A stretch of 64,000 bases of DNA from a bacterium (lineage in GTDB: Bacteria > Zhuqueibacterota > Zhuqueibacteria > Oceanimicrobiales > Oceanimicrobiaceae): positions 1 to 64,000 of the forward strand of contig JBHHYI010000002.1 in NCBI GenBank assembly GCA_046757525.1, given 5' to 3'. Positions 37,451 to 47,015 of the stretch are shown here, piece after piece. The position numbers and the translations under genes are program-made. A model generated the notes under the pieces. The model did not search any database, was not told the DNA's origin, and saw only the letters and a list, made by a program, of their open reading frames with translations. Each line of letters starts with the position of its first letter. Position 1 is the stretch's first letter.

Positions 37451-37808
37451 GCCAATAGCCGCGGCAGTGGTTACGGTTCTCGCAATTTGTATCGCCATAG
37501 CCCTGGCGTTTTATTCGAGTTTAAAGTTAGATTCGAAATCGGAAAGTGGTAAGCCCGCTGATCCGCAGAAAGCGGTCATGGCCGAGACACAAGCGATGAA
37601 TAAAGCCCGCCTGGATGGCCTGGCCAACCAGGGTAAAGTAATAAAAGGCATGAGATCAGAACAAGTTCGTGTGGCACTTGGTGAACCTGTACGGATTGAA
37701 GAAGTGACACAAAAAGGTGAGGTCGTGACGGTTTGGTGGTATAAACGCCAGGGTTGGCTACGTGTTGTTTTTGAGCAAGGGAAGGTGGCAGAAGTTGAAA
37801 GGCCTTAG
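37434..37808 (+). CDS. Hypothetical membrane-anchored protein, SmpA/BamE-like fold
   Basis: GMRSEQVRVALGEP..WWY..VVFEQGKV; GGAGGAG RBS before ATG 37434. Confidence 0.7.
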   Translation: MPKVNKPIAAAVVTVLAICIAIALAFYSSLKLDSKSESGKPADPQKAVMAETQAMNKARLDGLANQGKVIKGMRSEQVRVALGEPVRIEEVTQKGEVVTVWWYKRQGWLRVVFEQGKVAEVERP

Positions 37809-38036
37809 TCCTCTTTCGATTGCTCTGAACTCAAATGTGTTTGCGTATGTCAAAGAAGAAAACTAATACCGATCTTAATCAATTCAATAACTGAATGAGC
37901 TATAAGCACAACACGGCGAATTACGACCCTGCCACCAATGCGGTAGCAGAAGAATTCTTTTGCGGTTGTCCTGATTGCACTGAGGATTGGGTCCTGATGA
38001 ACAAAGCTATTTTACCAGCAGATTAAGGAATAAATC

Positions 38037-38393
38037 ATGGATAAGTTAACCAAGAGTATTCTCTTAGCAGGCGTGGTTTTTTCGTTACAACTAATGGACT
38101 GCTACAAAGGGTCGCTTGTACTTGGCCAAAATGTTGTGCAGCGGACCGAAGTTGTCCGCACACAAGTAAGCACAGATAGCGCGCAAATTATGCAAGTCAC
38201 TCTAAAAAGCTTGAGCGCATCTGCTGACAAATCGGCCCTGGAATCCATCCAGAACATTCTACAAAACATTGAAGGAGTAATCTATAGATTTGCCCAATTT
38301 AACAAGGTAATTAAAGAATCGAATGTGAATGCTCTACCTGTAAACATGAGCATTAGCATGGTGCCCTTTGGGAACGCCTATCAGCTACAATAA
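38037..38393 (+). CDS. Hypothetical exported protein, possibly a degenerate HMA-like fold
   Basis: AAGGA RBS; VTLK..IQNILQNIEGV pattern but no CxxC. Confidence 0.5.
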   Translation: MDKLTKSILLAGVVFSLQLMDCYKGSLVLGQNVVQRTEVVRTQVSTDSAQIMQVTLKSLSASADKSALESIQNILQNIEGVIYRFAQFNKVIKESNVNALPVNMSISMVPFGNAYQLQ

Positions 38394-38473
38394 CAAAATC
38401 AGTTGGTTGGAAGAAATTCCAATTGATAAATAGGGCATACGATTGCTTGGGTTCCAACCTGAAGACTCTCGTT

Positions 38474-38532
38474 TGCAGAATCTTTTTCAAGCTTGAAGAG
38501 TACAATAGAATGAAATTGTCTAATATTCTACA
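38474..38532. promoter_or_regulatory. Operator copies of the enhancer motif before the kinase gene
   Basis: TGTCTAATATTCTACA (38517-38532) and weaker TGCAGAATCTTTTTCA (38474-38489). Confidence 0.7.
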
Positions 38533-38538
38533 TTTTGA

Positions 38539-39669
38539 TTGAATCTCGTGCTAAGCCCGGAAGAAAAAAAGCCCATCATTATTCTCGTTGGATTGATTGT
38601 TATTATCACTGTCTTGCATTACAGTACGACCACAACTAAAGGTTCCTTGCACGAAGTCTACAAGACTCTGTATTATATCCCGATTATCTTGGCTGCCTTT
38701 CATTTTGGCATCAAGGGGGGTTTGATAGCCTCATTAAGCATTAGTGCTGTGTATTTGCCCCACGTGATCTTTCAGTGGCGAGGAGAATTGGAGGAATTTA
38801 CCCACCGTTTATTAGAAATTGGACTGTACAATGTGGCAGCGTACATTGTGGGCCGGCTGTCTCAAGGGGAGCGCGCAGAACGCAACAAATACGAGCAAGC
38901 CGCCGAACAACTGCGCGAATCGTATGAACAGCTCCAGCACCAGTCCGAGACTCTGGCTGAAGTAGAGGAGCAGTTACGACATTCAGACCGACTGTCGGTT
39001 ATGGGGGAACTGGCTGCCAGTCTGGCGCATGAGGTACGGAATCCCCTGGGCTCCATTAAAGGGGCGGTAGAGATTCTGCAGGACGATTATCCCAAGGAGA
39101 ATCCAAACTACCAGTTTCTACAAATCCTCGTCAAAGAAGTCAATCGTCTGAATCAGGTCATAGAGAATTTCCTGAGCCTGGCGCGTTCAAGGGTCTCGCA
39201 GATTCAGGAGTTACCCCTGCAGGAGACTGTGAATTCCGTTGTCAACATTGTGTCAGCAAAGGCACACAAAGAGAAAGTGGCCATCGATTGTCGTTTTCCG
39301 GACCACCCTGTGCTCATAAAAGCCGATGAAAACAAATTTCGGCAAGTTTTGCTGAACCTTTTACTAAACGCCATGGCCGCTATCAACGGCGGCGGTCATA
39401 TTACCATCGACTCTCAGGTCAATAACCGGCAGGCAGGCAATCGAATATTAGAGCTGACCATTTCTGACACGGGCAGCGGCATTCCGGAAAGCGAGATGAA
39501 AAATATCTTCAAGCCATTTTTTACCACGAAAGAACATGGCACAGGTTTAGGCTTACCCATTACCAAGCGCATCATAGAAGAGTGCAACTGGGAGCTTGGG
39601 ATCGACAGCAAGGTCGGTGAGGGCACACAAGTCAGGGTGCGTATCCCCCTAAACGAGGAAACATCATGA
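38539..39669 (+). CDS. Membrane sensor histidine kinase (NtrB/ZraS-type core)
   Basis: About 4 TMs with His residues, LAHEVRNPL, QVLLNLLLNA, DTGSG, PFFTTK.GTGLGL. Confidence 0.95.
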   Translation: MNLVLSPEEKKPIIILVGLIVIITVLHYSTTTTKGSLHEVYKTLYYIPIILAAFHFGIKGGLIASLSISAVYLPHVIFQWRGELEEFTHRLLEIGLYNVAAYIVGRLSQGERAERNKYEQAAEQLRESYEQLQHQSETLAEVEEQLRHSDRLSVMGELAASLAHEVRNPLGSIKGAVEILQDDYPKENPNYQFLQILVKEVNRLNQVIENFLSLARSRVSQIQELPLQETVNSVVNIVSAKAHKEKVAIDCRFPDHPVLIKADENKFRQVLLNLLLNAMAAINGGGHITIDSQVNNRQAGNRILELTISDTGSGIPESEMKNIFKPFFTTKEHGTGLGLPITKRIIEECNWELGIDSKVGEGTQVRVRIPLNEETS

Positions 39670-41024
39670 AGCAGAATAGAATTTTACTCATTGATGACGA
39701 TGAGAGCTTGCTGCAGGTGACCGCCCATCAGCTCAAGCAGGGAGGCTACCAGGTCACCACGGCCATGACTGGAGAGGAAGGTGTGGAGAAATTCAAGGGG
39801 GGCACCTTTGAGGTAGTCATCACCGATTTGGCCCTCCCGAAGATGAACGGCATCCAGGTCCTGATGGAAGTGAGGCGGCTGAATAAAGAAGTCGCAGTCA
39901 TCATCATCACAGCCTTCGGCACTATTGAAAATGCGGTGGAAGCCTGTGCCCTGGGTGCGGATGACTACCTGACCAAACCCTTCAGCCGCGAGCAGCTTCG
40001 GTTCGTGCTGGAAAAAGCCCTGCGGCTCCGGCACCTGAAAGCGGAAAACCTGCAGCTCAAAAGTGCCCTGTTGGAAAAATACGACTTCACCAACATTGTG
40101 GCCAAAAGCGGCAAAATGCAAGAAGTGTTGAAGATGGTGGGCCGGGTCGCCGAGAGCGAAGCCACCGTGCTGATCCTGGGCGAAAGTGGCACCGGCAAGG
40201 AATTGGTGGCGAGAGCCATTCATTACAACAGTCCGCGCAAAAGCAGCCCTTTCATCACGGTGAACTGTCCCTCCATTCCGGACAACCTCCTGGAAAGCGA
40301 GCTCTTCGGTCACGTAAAGGGCGCGTACACCGGAGCCACCAAAGACCGGCATGGCAAATTTGAACAGGCGGATGGCGGCACCATTTTCCTGGACGAGATT
40401 GGCGATCTGAAGCCCGAATTGCAAGCCAAGCTGCTGCGTGTGCTGCAAGAAAGAGAGGTTGAACGCGTGGGGGGAGATAAACCGATTAAAGTGGACATCC
40501 GGATTCTGGCCGCCACCAATCAGGATTTGCAAGCACGCGTGCAAGCTGGTACATTTCGCGAAGACTTGTTTTACCGGCTGACTGTCGTGCCCATCAGGAT
40601 TCCCCCAATCAGGGAACGCAAAGAAGAAATCCCCTTTCTGGTTGACCACTTCTTGCACAAGTTTGCCCGCGGCCGTCGCTTGCAGGTGAGCGAACAAGCC
40701 ATGCAAGCGCTGCTGGATTATGACTGGCCGGGCAACGTGCGAGAAATAGAAAACGCCATGGAACGGGCTGCTATTCTGAGCACCACGGAGATGATTACAC
40801 CTGACGTTCTACCGCCACAACTGCGACCCACAGAGTTAAATGTCATGGACGGCAATGTCATCCGCATCCCCGATGCAGGCATGGCGTTAGAAGAAATCGA
40901 ACGCCGCTGCATTCAAATAGCTCTGGATAAATCGGGCGGCAACCAGACCCGTGCTGCCAAATTCTTGCAAGTCCCCAGACATATTCTTCTGTATCGGATG
41001 CGGAAGTTGAAAGTTGGGCAGTAA
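39666..41024 (+). CDS. sigma54-dependent response regulator (REC-AAA+-Fis HTH)
   Basis: DDD/TDL receiver, GESGTGKE, ESELFGHVKGAYTGA, FLDEI, WPGNVRE, NQTRAA HTH. Confidence 0.97.
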   Translation: MKQNRILLIDDDESLLQVTAHQLKQGGYQVTTAMTGEEGVEKFKGGTFEVVITDLALPKMNGIQVLMEVRRLNKEVAVIIITAFGTIENAVEACALGADDYLTKPFSREQLRFVLEKALRLRHLKAENLQLKSALLEKYDFTNIVAKSGKMQEVLKMVGRVAESEATVLILGESGTGKELVARAIHYNSPRKSSPFITVNCPSIPDNLLESELFGHVKGAYTGATKDRHGKFEQADGGTIFLDEIGDLKPELQAKLLRVLQEREVERVGGDKPIKVDIRILAATNQDLQARVQAGTFREDLFYRLTVVPIRIPPIRERKEEIPFLVDHFLHKFARGRRLQVSEQAMQALLDYDWPGNVREIENAMERAAILSTTEMITPDVLPPQLRPTELNVMDGNVIRIPDAGMALEEIERRCIQIALDKSGGNQTRAAKFLQVPRHILLYRMRKLKVGQ

Positions 41025-42423
41025 CTCTAACAATTCAATGAATGACGGGGCACCAACCACAAAAATAGCGACGAGCGCTATGCACAAGCGATTGAACCGC
41101 ATGGCTGTTTTAGCCTGCATTTTTTCGGCTGTCTTCTTACTCACACCGCAGAGACAAACGGTCTACGCACAGCAGACTCCGGATTTGCACGCCACAATTG
41201 ATTCCATCAGCCAGGATATTGCCAAAATCCGTGGCCTGCCGTTCAAGCACCGGGTCAACGTTCAGAAACAGTCGCTGCACGATTTTGGTCTCTTTCTCGA
41301 CAGAACCGTCCTGCAACAGATGCCTGAATTGCGACTCAGCTATTATGGGAAGATCGTAAAAATGCTTGGATTGTACCGCGGCCCGGAGATTGCAGATTTC
41401 AAATCAATGGCAAAACTGATCATGCAAAGTCAAGCGGCCGCCTATTACGATCCGGCTACAAACACGTTTTACGTGGTCATGCCGGACATTCCCAGGCAGA
41501 TGCTAAGCACGGTTTACGCGCACGAGCTTTACCACGGGTTGCAGGATCAATACTTCAACCTGGAGCAATACCTGCTTTCACAAACCAGCGGGGCCCTAAA
41601 TGACGACGAGTTGCTTGCACGCCAGGCAGTGGTCGAAGGCGAAGCCACCTACATCATGACCCTCTGGTCCGTTGAGAAGATGCTGGGTTCTCTACCTCAA
41701 CCATCCATGCTACGGATGATGATCGACATGCAAGCCCAAATGGACACGAAGAAAATGCTGGAAATCCTGAAAAGCGAAGCCTTGCCAATGGCAAGCGAAA
41801 GCGATGTTGCGAAAGCCGTTCACGCGCTGGAAGATATCCCCCCTTTCCTCGTCGAAACCCTGATGGGGGTCTATCTGAAGGGCATGGCATTTATCTTTCA
41901 CATTCAACAACAGGGTTGGCAGAAGGTCAGCCAGCTCTACGATCCCAACAGGGCGCCGGTGTCTACTGAACAAATCCTTCACGCCGAGAAATGGCTAAAG
42001 CAAGAAAAACCGTTTAAGTACCAGTGGCCTTTCTTTGAGAACGAAGCGACCTTTGAAGGGTGGGAAGTACTCGACAGCAACACGATTGGGGAGTTTCAGT
42101 GGCGAATAATCTTCTCAGAGTACGACATGGCCAATGTAGCCAGGATAGCGGCGGACGGCTGGGATGGCGACAGTTACGCTATCCTCAAAAACAGCACTAG
42201 CGACGATCTGATTTTGCTGCTCGTCACAAACTGGGACACCACAAAGGACGCCGAGGAATTTGCCACAAACTACCAGGCGCTTTTGAAAGTTAAGCAACGC
42301 GAAAGTCCCGAACCTGCGAAAGTCGCACAGGAAAACAAAGAGGTTATCGTCGTTGAGGGAGGACGGGAAGGCTCATTAGACGCTATGGTCGCTTTTGTAA
42401 GAAAAGTCGCCAAGTCAAAGTAG
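41014..42423 (+). CDS. Secreted putative zincin metallopeptidase
   Basis: AAYYDP, HELYHGLQDQ (HExxH), EGEA, PVSTEQILH, AADGWDGD; true start likely about 41080-41101. Confidence 0.8.
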   Translation: MGSNSNNSMNDGAPTTKIATSAMHKRLNRMAVLACIFSAVFLLTPQRQTVYAQQTPDLHATIDSISQDIAKIRGLPFKHRVNVQKQSLHDFGLFLDRTVLQQMPELRLSYYGKIVKMLGLYRGPEIADFKSMAKLIMQSQAAAYYDPATNTFYVVMPDIPRQMLSTVYAHELYHGLQDQYFNLEQYLLSQTSGALNDDELLARQAVVEGEATYIMTLWSVEKMLGSLPQPSMLRMMIDMQAQMDTKKMLEILKSEALPMASESDVAKAVHALEDIPPFLVETLMGVYLKGMAFIFHIQQQGWQKVSQLYDPNRAPVSTEQILHAEKWLKQEKPFKYQWPFFENEATFEGWEVLDSNTIGEFQWRIIFSEYDMANVARIAADGWDGDSYAILKNSTSDDLILLLVTNWDTTKDAEEFATNYQALLKVKQRESPEPAKVAQENKEVIVVEGGREGSLDAMVAFVRKVAKSK

Positions 42424-42448
42424 AGGCCGTAGATTACACCAATTTCTT

Positions 42449-42901
42449 TCACGCAAATCTTTGCCGTAAATGCGGTTTCTCCCGGCTCTTTAGCTGCTTT
42501 TCAATGTACCTGAGCTGTTCGTTAATGATCGCTTTGAGTATCATTGTTTTTGTCGAAGGGTGTGTTATTCTTTCGAGTTTCTTTCTCTGCTTAAGCAAAA
42601 AGCGTTTCTCTAACAACAACCGCCTGCGCCAATCAGCCTTCAGCGGGGCACGGTGGGATTCCGCGATTTGTTCAATGGCGCGGCAGCCTTTGAGGAGCTG
42701 TTTGGCAGTGTTAAACTCTGGTAAGCGGGATTCTCTGACCGCTCTCGTTGCCTGGTGCCACAAGGCATGTTTGAGCGATGGTCTTGCTGGATTCCCTGCT
42801 TCGGTTTTCTTCGCGCTTGAACTGTGGTCGATCCCACTCGTTTGCAGGGCAACCAGGCTCACAATTAGCAGCCCCTTTAATTTGAAGCTATGATTCTGCA
42901 A
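42449..42901 (-). CDS. Hypothetical basic exported protein
   Basis: TTG start with AAGGAGGTG RBS; sigma54-like box upstream. Confidence 0.6.
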   Translation of the reverse strand: MQNHSFKLKGLLIVSLVALQTSGIDHSSSAKKTEAGNPARPSLKHALWHQATRAVRESRLPEFNTAKQLLKGCRAIEQIAESHRAPLKADWRRRLLLEKRFLLKQRKKLERITHPSTKTMILKAIINEQLRYIEKQLKSREKPHLRQRFA

Positions 42902-42944
42902 AATTCACCTCCTTGCAAATAAGCGGTCCGTTGCAGAATCCCCA

Positions 42945-42960
42945 TACAAAGCAAGTGCCG
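42945..42960 (-). promoter_or_regulatory. sigma54-like promoter
   Basis: Minus strand CGGCACTTGCTTTGTA. Confidence 0.5.
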
Positions 42961-43272
42961 GAACGGGAAAACGGCTGTTTCGAAATGGAATTTTGATTCC
43001 GCCAGGAAAGGACTCACTCTGCTTTGCAAGTTAGCTGGAACCGCAGCACCAGAACGTCCTGTAACTGTTTAAAAATCAATATCATTAAAACAATATCTTA
43101 TGCCGCTGCGGGTTCAAAACAGATTGACTTTCACCACAGACAGGACCTGCATGAAGGCTGCAAACAAAGAAAAGCTGGCAAACGCAGTCCGGCTTTCAAA
43201 AGCGCGGGGAAAATAATTCCAATTGAGGACTCAACGGTAGGCAAAAAAGTGTGCTCTGCGCCCCCTGATGGT

Positions 43273-44574
43273 TCATCGTGCTACCTTGGGTCGGGCACCC
43301 ACTTCGGCGTTTTTCAAGACGGCACGAATCGTGCTCCAAAGGTTGTATTTTTCAATGGTACTCAGGTCATAGATGTACAAACCATTGGTTTGTTCCATGG
43401 CCATAGTCAGGGCAAGCTTGAATTCATCGCGATTGCTCCGGAATTGTTCTGCCCAAACTGAGGCATAAACAGGGCGATAGCTGTCAACCGCTTCCATGGC
43501 CAGCTTGGTCGCGCCTTCGATGCTCATCCACCATTCGGCCCCCACTTTTTCGGCTTGATCCATATCGAGGCGTGGAAAGTAGCAGGCGGCAATTAGATAA
43601 TCCACCAAATTCACTATGCTTGTGTTGTGATACTTCGGCGTCGACCAATCTGCATCAAAAGCGTAATTGGGGCTTGCCCAGTTAACTCCATATTCATAAT
43701 AGGTGGGATACCACGCACCCACCAGATTGCCAATTTCAATGTTCCGGTTGACCTCTCTCACTTTTTGAACCAATCTGGTCAAGAAGGTCTTAATACTGCG
43801 GGACCGAAATTCAATCCAGCGTTGAAAAAAGTTGCCAGGCACAATCTGCCATTCATCGTTCTGGTATTGCCATTCATACACATCCTTGGGCCACCATTGA
43901 AAGTTTGAGCCTTGCCCTATCGACTGCAAGAAAACCCCTTTGGTATAATCAGAAAAATCTGACTCAATGCTGTTGAACCGGATTCTATCGAAAATGATGT
44001 TGTCCACTTTGTACTTTTTCAAGAATTCAGTCACCACGCGTATTTCATAGTCCTGCACTTCTTGCAGCAGTGGATTGACAAACGCCGCCGTGCCAAACGC
44101 CCAATCGGTGATCGGCATGACTTTCGGCTCATTCTCATCGACGACATAGACATAAGTTTGCCACTCGGGCTTATCGTTGTAAACAGGTCCCCGCCTCTGG
44201 AGCATGTGACCTTCAGAAAAAATAGTAAACACTGGGTAGAATTGGATTTTACGTTTTCTGCACTCTTCCTGAAAAATCTTCACCGGATCGAGATTCAACG
44301 GCAACCGGTAATCTTCCCAATCCAGCAGTCTGGGGGCTATTTTACTCTCGTAGAGGACTTCGCCGCTTAAACATTTCACGCCCAAAGCAATCGCTTCAAT
44401 TCCGGCACTTTGGACGCGTGTTATTATGTTGATGATGCCACCCCGACTGCTTATTTTCTTGATGTTTGAAATGGGGTCGCACCAAAGAACAGCAGGCCGG
44501 TCTGATTTCTGTGAGTAACTGAGCGTGAAATCAAATAGGAGAAAAGCAAGCAACACGAAGAGTCGTGGCAACAT
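43273..44574 (-). CDS. Glycosyl hydrolase-like 10 (DUF187-type) secreted protein
   Basis: GEVLYES, FVNPLLQEVQ, KYKVD..IFDRIR, WIEFR, YYEYGVNWAS. Confidence 0.78.
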   Translation of the reverse strand: MLPRLFVLLAFLLFDFTLSYSQKSDRPAVLWCDPISNIKKISSRGGIINIITRVQSAGIEAIALGVKCLSGEVLYESKIAPRLLDWEDYRLPLNLDPVKIFQEECRKRKIQFYPVFTIFSEGHMLQRRGPVYNDKPEWQTYVYVVDENEPKVMPITDWAFGTAAFVNPLLQEVQDYEIRVVTEFLKKYKVDNIIFDRIRFNSIESDFSDYTKGVFLQSIGQGSNFQWWPKDVYEWQYQNDEWQIVPGNFFQRWIEFRSRSIKTFLTRLVQKVREVNRNIEIGNLVGAWYPTYYEYGVNWASPNYAFDADWSTPKYHNTSIVNLVDYLIAACYFPRLDMDQAEKVGAEWWMSIEGATKLAMEAVDSYRPVYASVWAEQFRSNRDEFKLALTMAMEQTNGLYIYDLSTIEKYNLWSTIRAVLKNAEVGARPKVAR

Positions 44575-44590
44575 TCAAGGCTCCAGGTCT

Positions 44591-44854
44591 CTAAAATAAT
44601 ATTCTGCTAAAAGCGAGGCTTAACAGGCCCAACAAAGTGATGGCTATGCCTATGGCGACCGAGATCGCACCAGATTCGTGCTTTTTGAAGACCAGGCTGA
44701 TCCCAAAAGAGGCTAACAACATGCCAAAAAATACGGTAAATCGATGGGTACTCAATCCCACCAGCAAACAGAAAACAGCCCAAATGACCCATTTTTCCTG
44801 AGTCGTGAAGCCTCTTTTTTGTTTCTTTATCTCTTGCATCAGCGGTGCACTCAA
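44591..44854 (-). CDS. Small membrane protein
   Basis: Three hydrophobic segments, co-oriented; GTG start. Confidence 0.6.
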   Translation of the reverse strand: MSAPLMQEIKKQKRGFTTQEKWVIWAVFCLLVGLSTHRFTVFFGMLLASFGISLVFKKHESGAISVAIGIAITLLGLLSLAFSRILF

Positions 44855-44901
44855 CGAAAGGTAAAAATCTTATTTGATTTTAACAAACGTTTTTTGCAAA
44901 T

Positions 44902-44933
44902 AAAAAGGCAGGAAATTGGATTTCCTGCCTTCT
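44902..44933 (-). terminator. Intrinsic terminator of the prkA operon
   Basis: AAGGCAGGAAAT-TGG-ATTTCCTGCCTT with T run on the minus strand. Confidence 0.85.
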
Positions 44934-44959
44934 TGTTTCTGCGAATGGTGAGATTGTCG

Positions 44960-45493
44960 CTATACCCGGCCATAGGAACCTGCCAAATCATTCAGCAGAT
45001 TCTCAAACACCTCCTCCGTCAAGTTAAACGGGATGCGCGAGCGCTTTTTTGCGCCCTGGTTGTCGATTTCATATCGTTGCAACACCAACGTTCCCAGGGC
45101 ATCCAAAATGATTTCGAAATACGTAACGGTGCTTTTCTCTCGTCTCGGCGACTCACTTCGCAACTGAATTCTCGCATTGTTAGCGTCTATTTCAATGATA
45201 GCCAGGTTTTCCAACAGATAGCCAATGTTCTCCGCCAAATAGTTCGCTTGTTCTTTCAACGCGCTCAACTCGGTAGCCTGCTGGCCCGCTTCATTTTCTG
45301 AAGTCAACTCGATCTTGTCGATCAAATAACTGTATTTGTCGAAATCTTTGACCTCCACCCGTAAATTAATTCCGTGGTGCAGGTGGTTAAAAACATAATC
45401 TTCGTTCTGGCCAGTTAAACCAAGCTCTTTTTGTTCGAAAAGATAATTCTGTAGTTTCTCCAGCGCAGTTCTGCCAATCTTCATGGGTGTCAC
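44960..45493 (-). CDS. Hypothetical protein (fourth gene of the prkA operon)
   Basis: GAGGAGG RBS; YLLENLAIIEID..QLRS..P..YFEI. Confidence 0.8.
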   Translation of the reverse strand: MTPMKIGRTALEKLQNYLFEQKELGLTGQNEDYVFNHLHHGINLRVEVKDFDKYSYLIDKIELTSENEAGQQATELSALKEQANYLAENIGYLLENLAIIEIDANNARIQLRSESPRREKSTVTYFEIILDALGTLVLQRYEIDNQGAKKRSRIPFNLTEEVFENLLNDLAGSYGRV

Positions 45494-45502
45494 CTCCTCA
45501 AA

Positions 45503-46993
45503 TTAATCTATTTCAATTTCTGTGTGTTCATTACCATCATAACTTAATAGCGTTTTCACCTCTTCGATTATGGTTTCCAGGTGCACCGGTCGCGTCCAAA
45601 TTTTGAACAGGTTTTTCAGAGTATCCCTGGCTTCGTTGTCTTGAAGGTCGACACCTTCATGTTGGTGAACAAGGTACAGTTCACCGCGATTAAGATAATT
45701 TGCATCCACGACATAAATGAACGGTTGTCCAAAATTTGTCAAGCTGAATAGTAATTTTTCCTTGACTTGTTTGAAATCTCTATCCGTAATTTCGTATAGA
45801 TTGTTTCGATCGTTGTAATTATATACGAACAATTTTTGTTCTCTGCAAAAATCCGGTGTCAAAAAAGCGTCGATGAACATCAGGTCGTTATAGAGTTTAC
45901 GCACTTCAAAGATCTTTTCGGTGCCTAAACCTGTGTCTCGATTCCAGTTTTTCTTGGTTAGCCAATCGTCGCATTCGTCATACTCTTTGCCGAATTTCCC
46001 TTTGTTCCAACGGTCTTCGATGTCCCGAAAAAGCTCCACACCTAACTTGTAGGGATTCAACCTGCCCGTGCCGGTTAGCAAAGTTCCTGAGTGGTGGTCG
46101 GCGTAATCAATTACTTCAGAGTCCGACAGACATTTTTCGGTCATGATTTTGGAATGCCAGTAGGTAGCCCAGCCTTCGTTCATGATCTTTGTCTGTCCCT
46201 GGGGCGCGAAGTAGTAGGCTTCTTCACGGACGATTGAAAGAATGTCCCGCTGCCACTTCTCCAAGGGTGCGTTCTCGATCAAAAACTTAAGAATGTCGCG
46301 TTCTGGCTCCTCGGGATGCTTATGTTTCTGCTCTTTTTCGCGTTCGTCCGCCAATTGTCTTTGTTGCTCCAAAAACTCCGCTGGATTAATGTACGCGTCC
46401 ATGTACGACTTGCTTTTCAGCTTCAACGGTGTGCTGGTTTCGGGTGCTTCCTCCCCCACAGCCAGCATATCATCGTCCCTATTGCGCTTTATGAATTCTG
46501 AGTGCAGATCGATCAAATTCTCCAGTGACAGGCAGGTGTCAATGAAGTCCTCGACCACTTCAACACTGCGACTTTCGACGTAACGACGAATTTGGGTGGC
46601 ATGATTAGCCATTTCATCCATCATTTTTCTGTTTGTATTCTGGAAACAAAGGTTGTTCTTAAAGAAATCGCAGTGGGCGTGCACATGCGCCATGACCAGC
46701 TTCTGGTCGACCAAGTTGTTGCTCTTCATCAAATAAGCATAGCAGGGATCGTTGTTGATCACCAACTCGTAGATTTTCTGCAAGCCGTAGGAATAGCCCT
46801 TGGAAAGCTCCTCGTATTCCATGCCAAAGCGCCAATGCGGATACCTGGTAGGAAATCCACCATAGCTGGCCACTTCATTCAACTCATCAAACTCGACGAC
46901 CTCAAAGATGGTCTCAAAAAAGTCTAAGCCGAAATCCGAGGCGTAACCTTTGATTTCCTCTTGAATATCGACGAGATGTTTAGGTAGATTCAT
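45503..46993 (-). CDS. spoVR: SpoVR/YcgB family protein
   Basis: GFPTRYPHWRFG, IYELVINNDPCYAY, AHVHAHCDFFKNN, TKIMNEGWATYWH, NPYKLG. Confidence 0.95.
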   Translation of the reverse strand: MNLPKHLVDIQEEIKGYASDFGLDFFETIFEVVEFDELNEVASYGGFPTRYPHWRFGMEYEELSKGYSYGLQKIYELVINNDPCYAYLMKSNNLVDQKLVMAHVHAHCDFFKNNLCFQNTNRKMMDEMANHATQIRRYVESRSVEVVEDFIDTCLSLENLIDLHSEFIKRNRDDDMLAVGEEAPETSTPLKLKSKSYMDAYINPAEFLEQQRQLADEREKEQKHKHPEEPERDILKFLIENAPLEKWQRDILSIVREEAYYFAPQGQTKIMNEGWATYWHSKIMTEKCLSDSEVIDYADHHSGTLLTGTGRLNPYKLGVELFRDIEDRWNKGKFGKEYDECDDWLTKKNWNRDTGLGTEKIFEVRKLYNDLMFIDAFLTPDFCREQKLFVYNYNDRNNLYEITDRDFKQVKEKLLFSLTNFGQPFIYVVDANYLNRGELYLVHQHEGVDLQDNEARDTLKNLFKIWTRPVHLETIIEEVKTLLSYDGNEHTEIEID

Positions 46994-47015
46994 CGTGATC
47001 CTTACGGCTTAACTG

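Noticed and set aside
38432..38447. sigma54 box AGGGCATACGATTGCT before the kinase
   Set aside because: Poor -24 element, and the motif sites lie downstream of it rather than upstream
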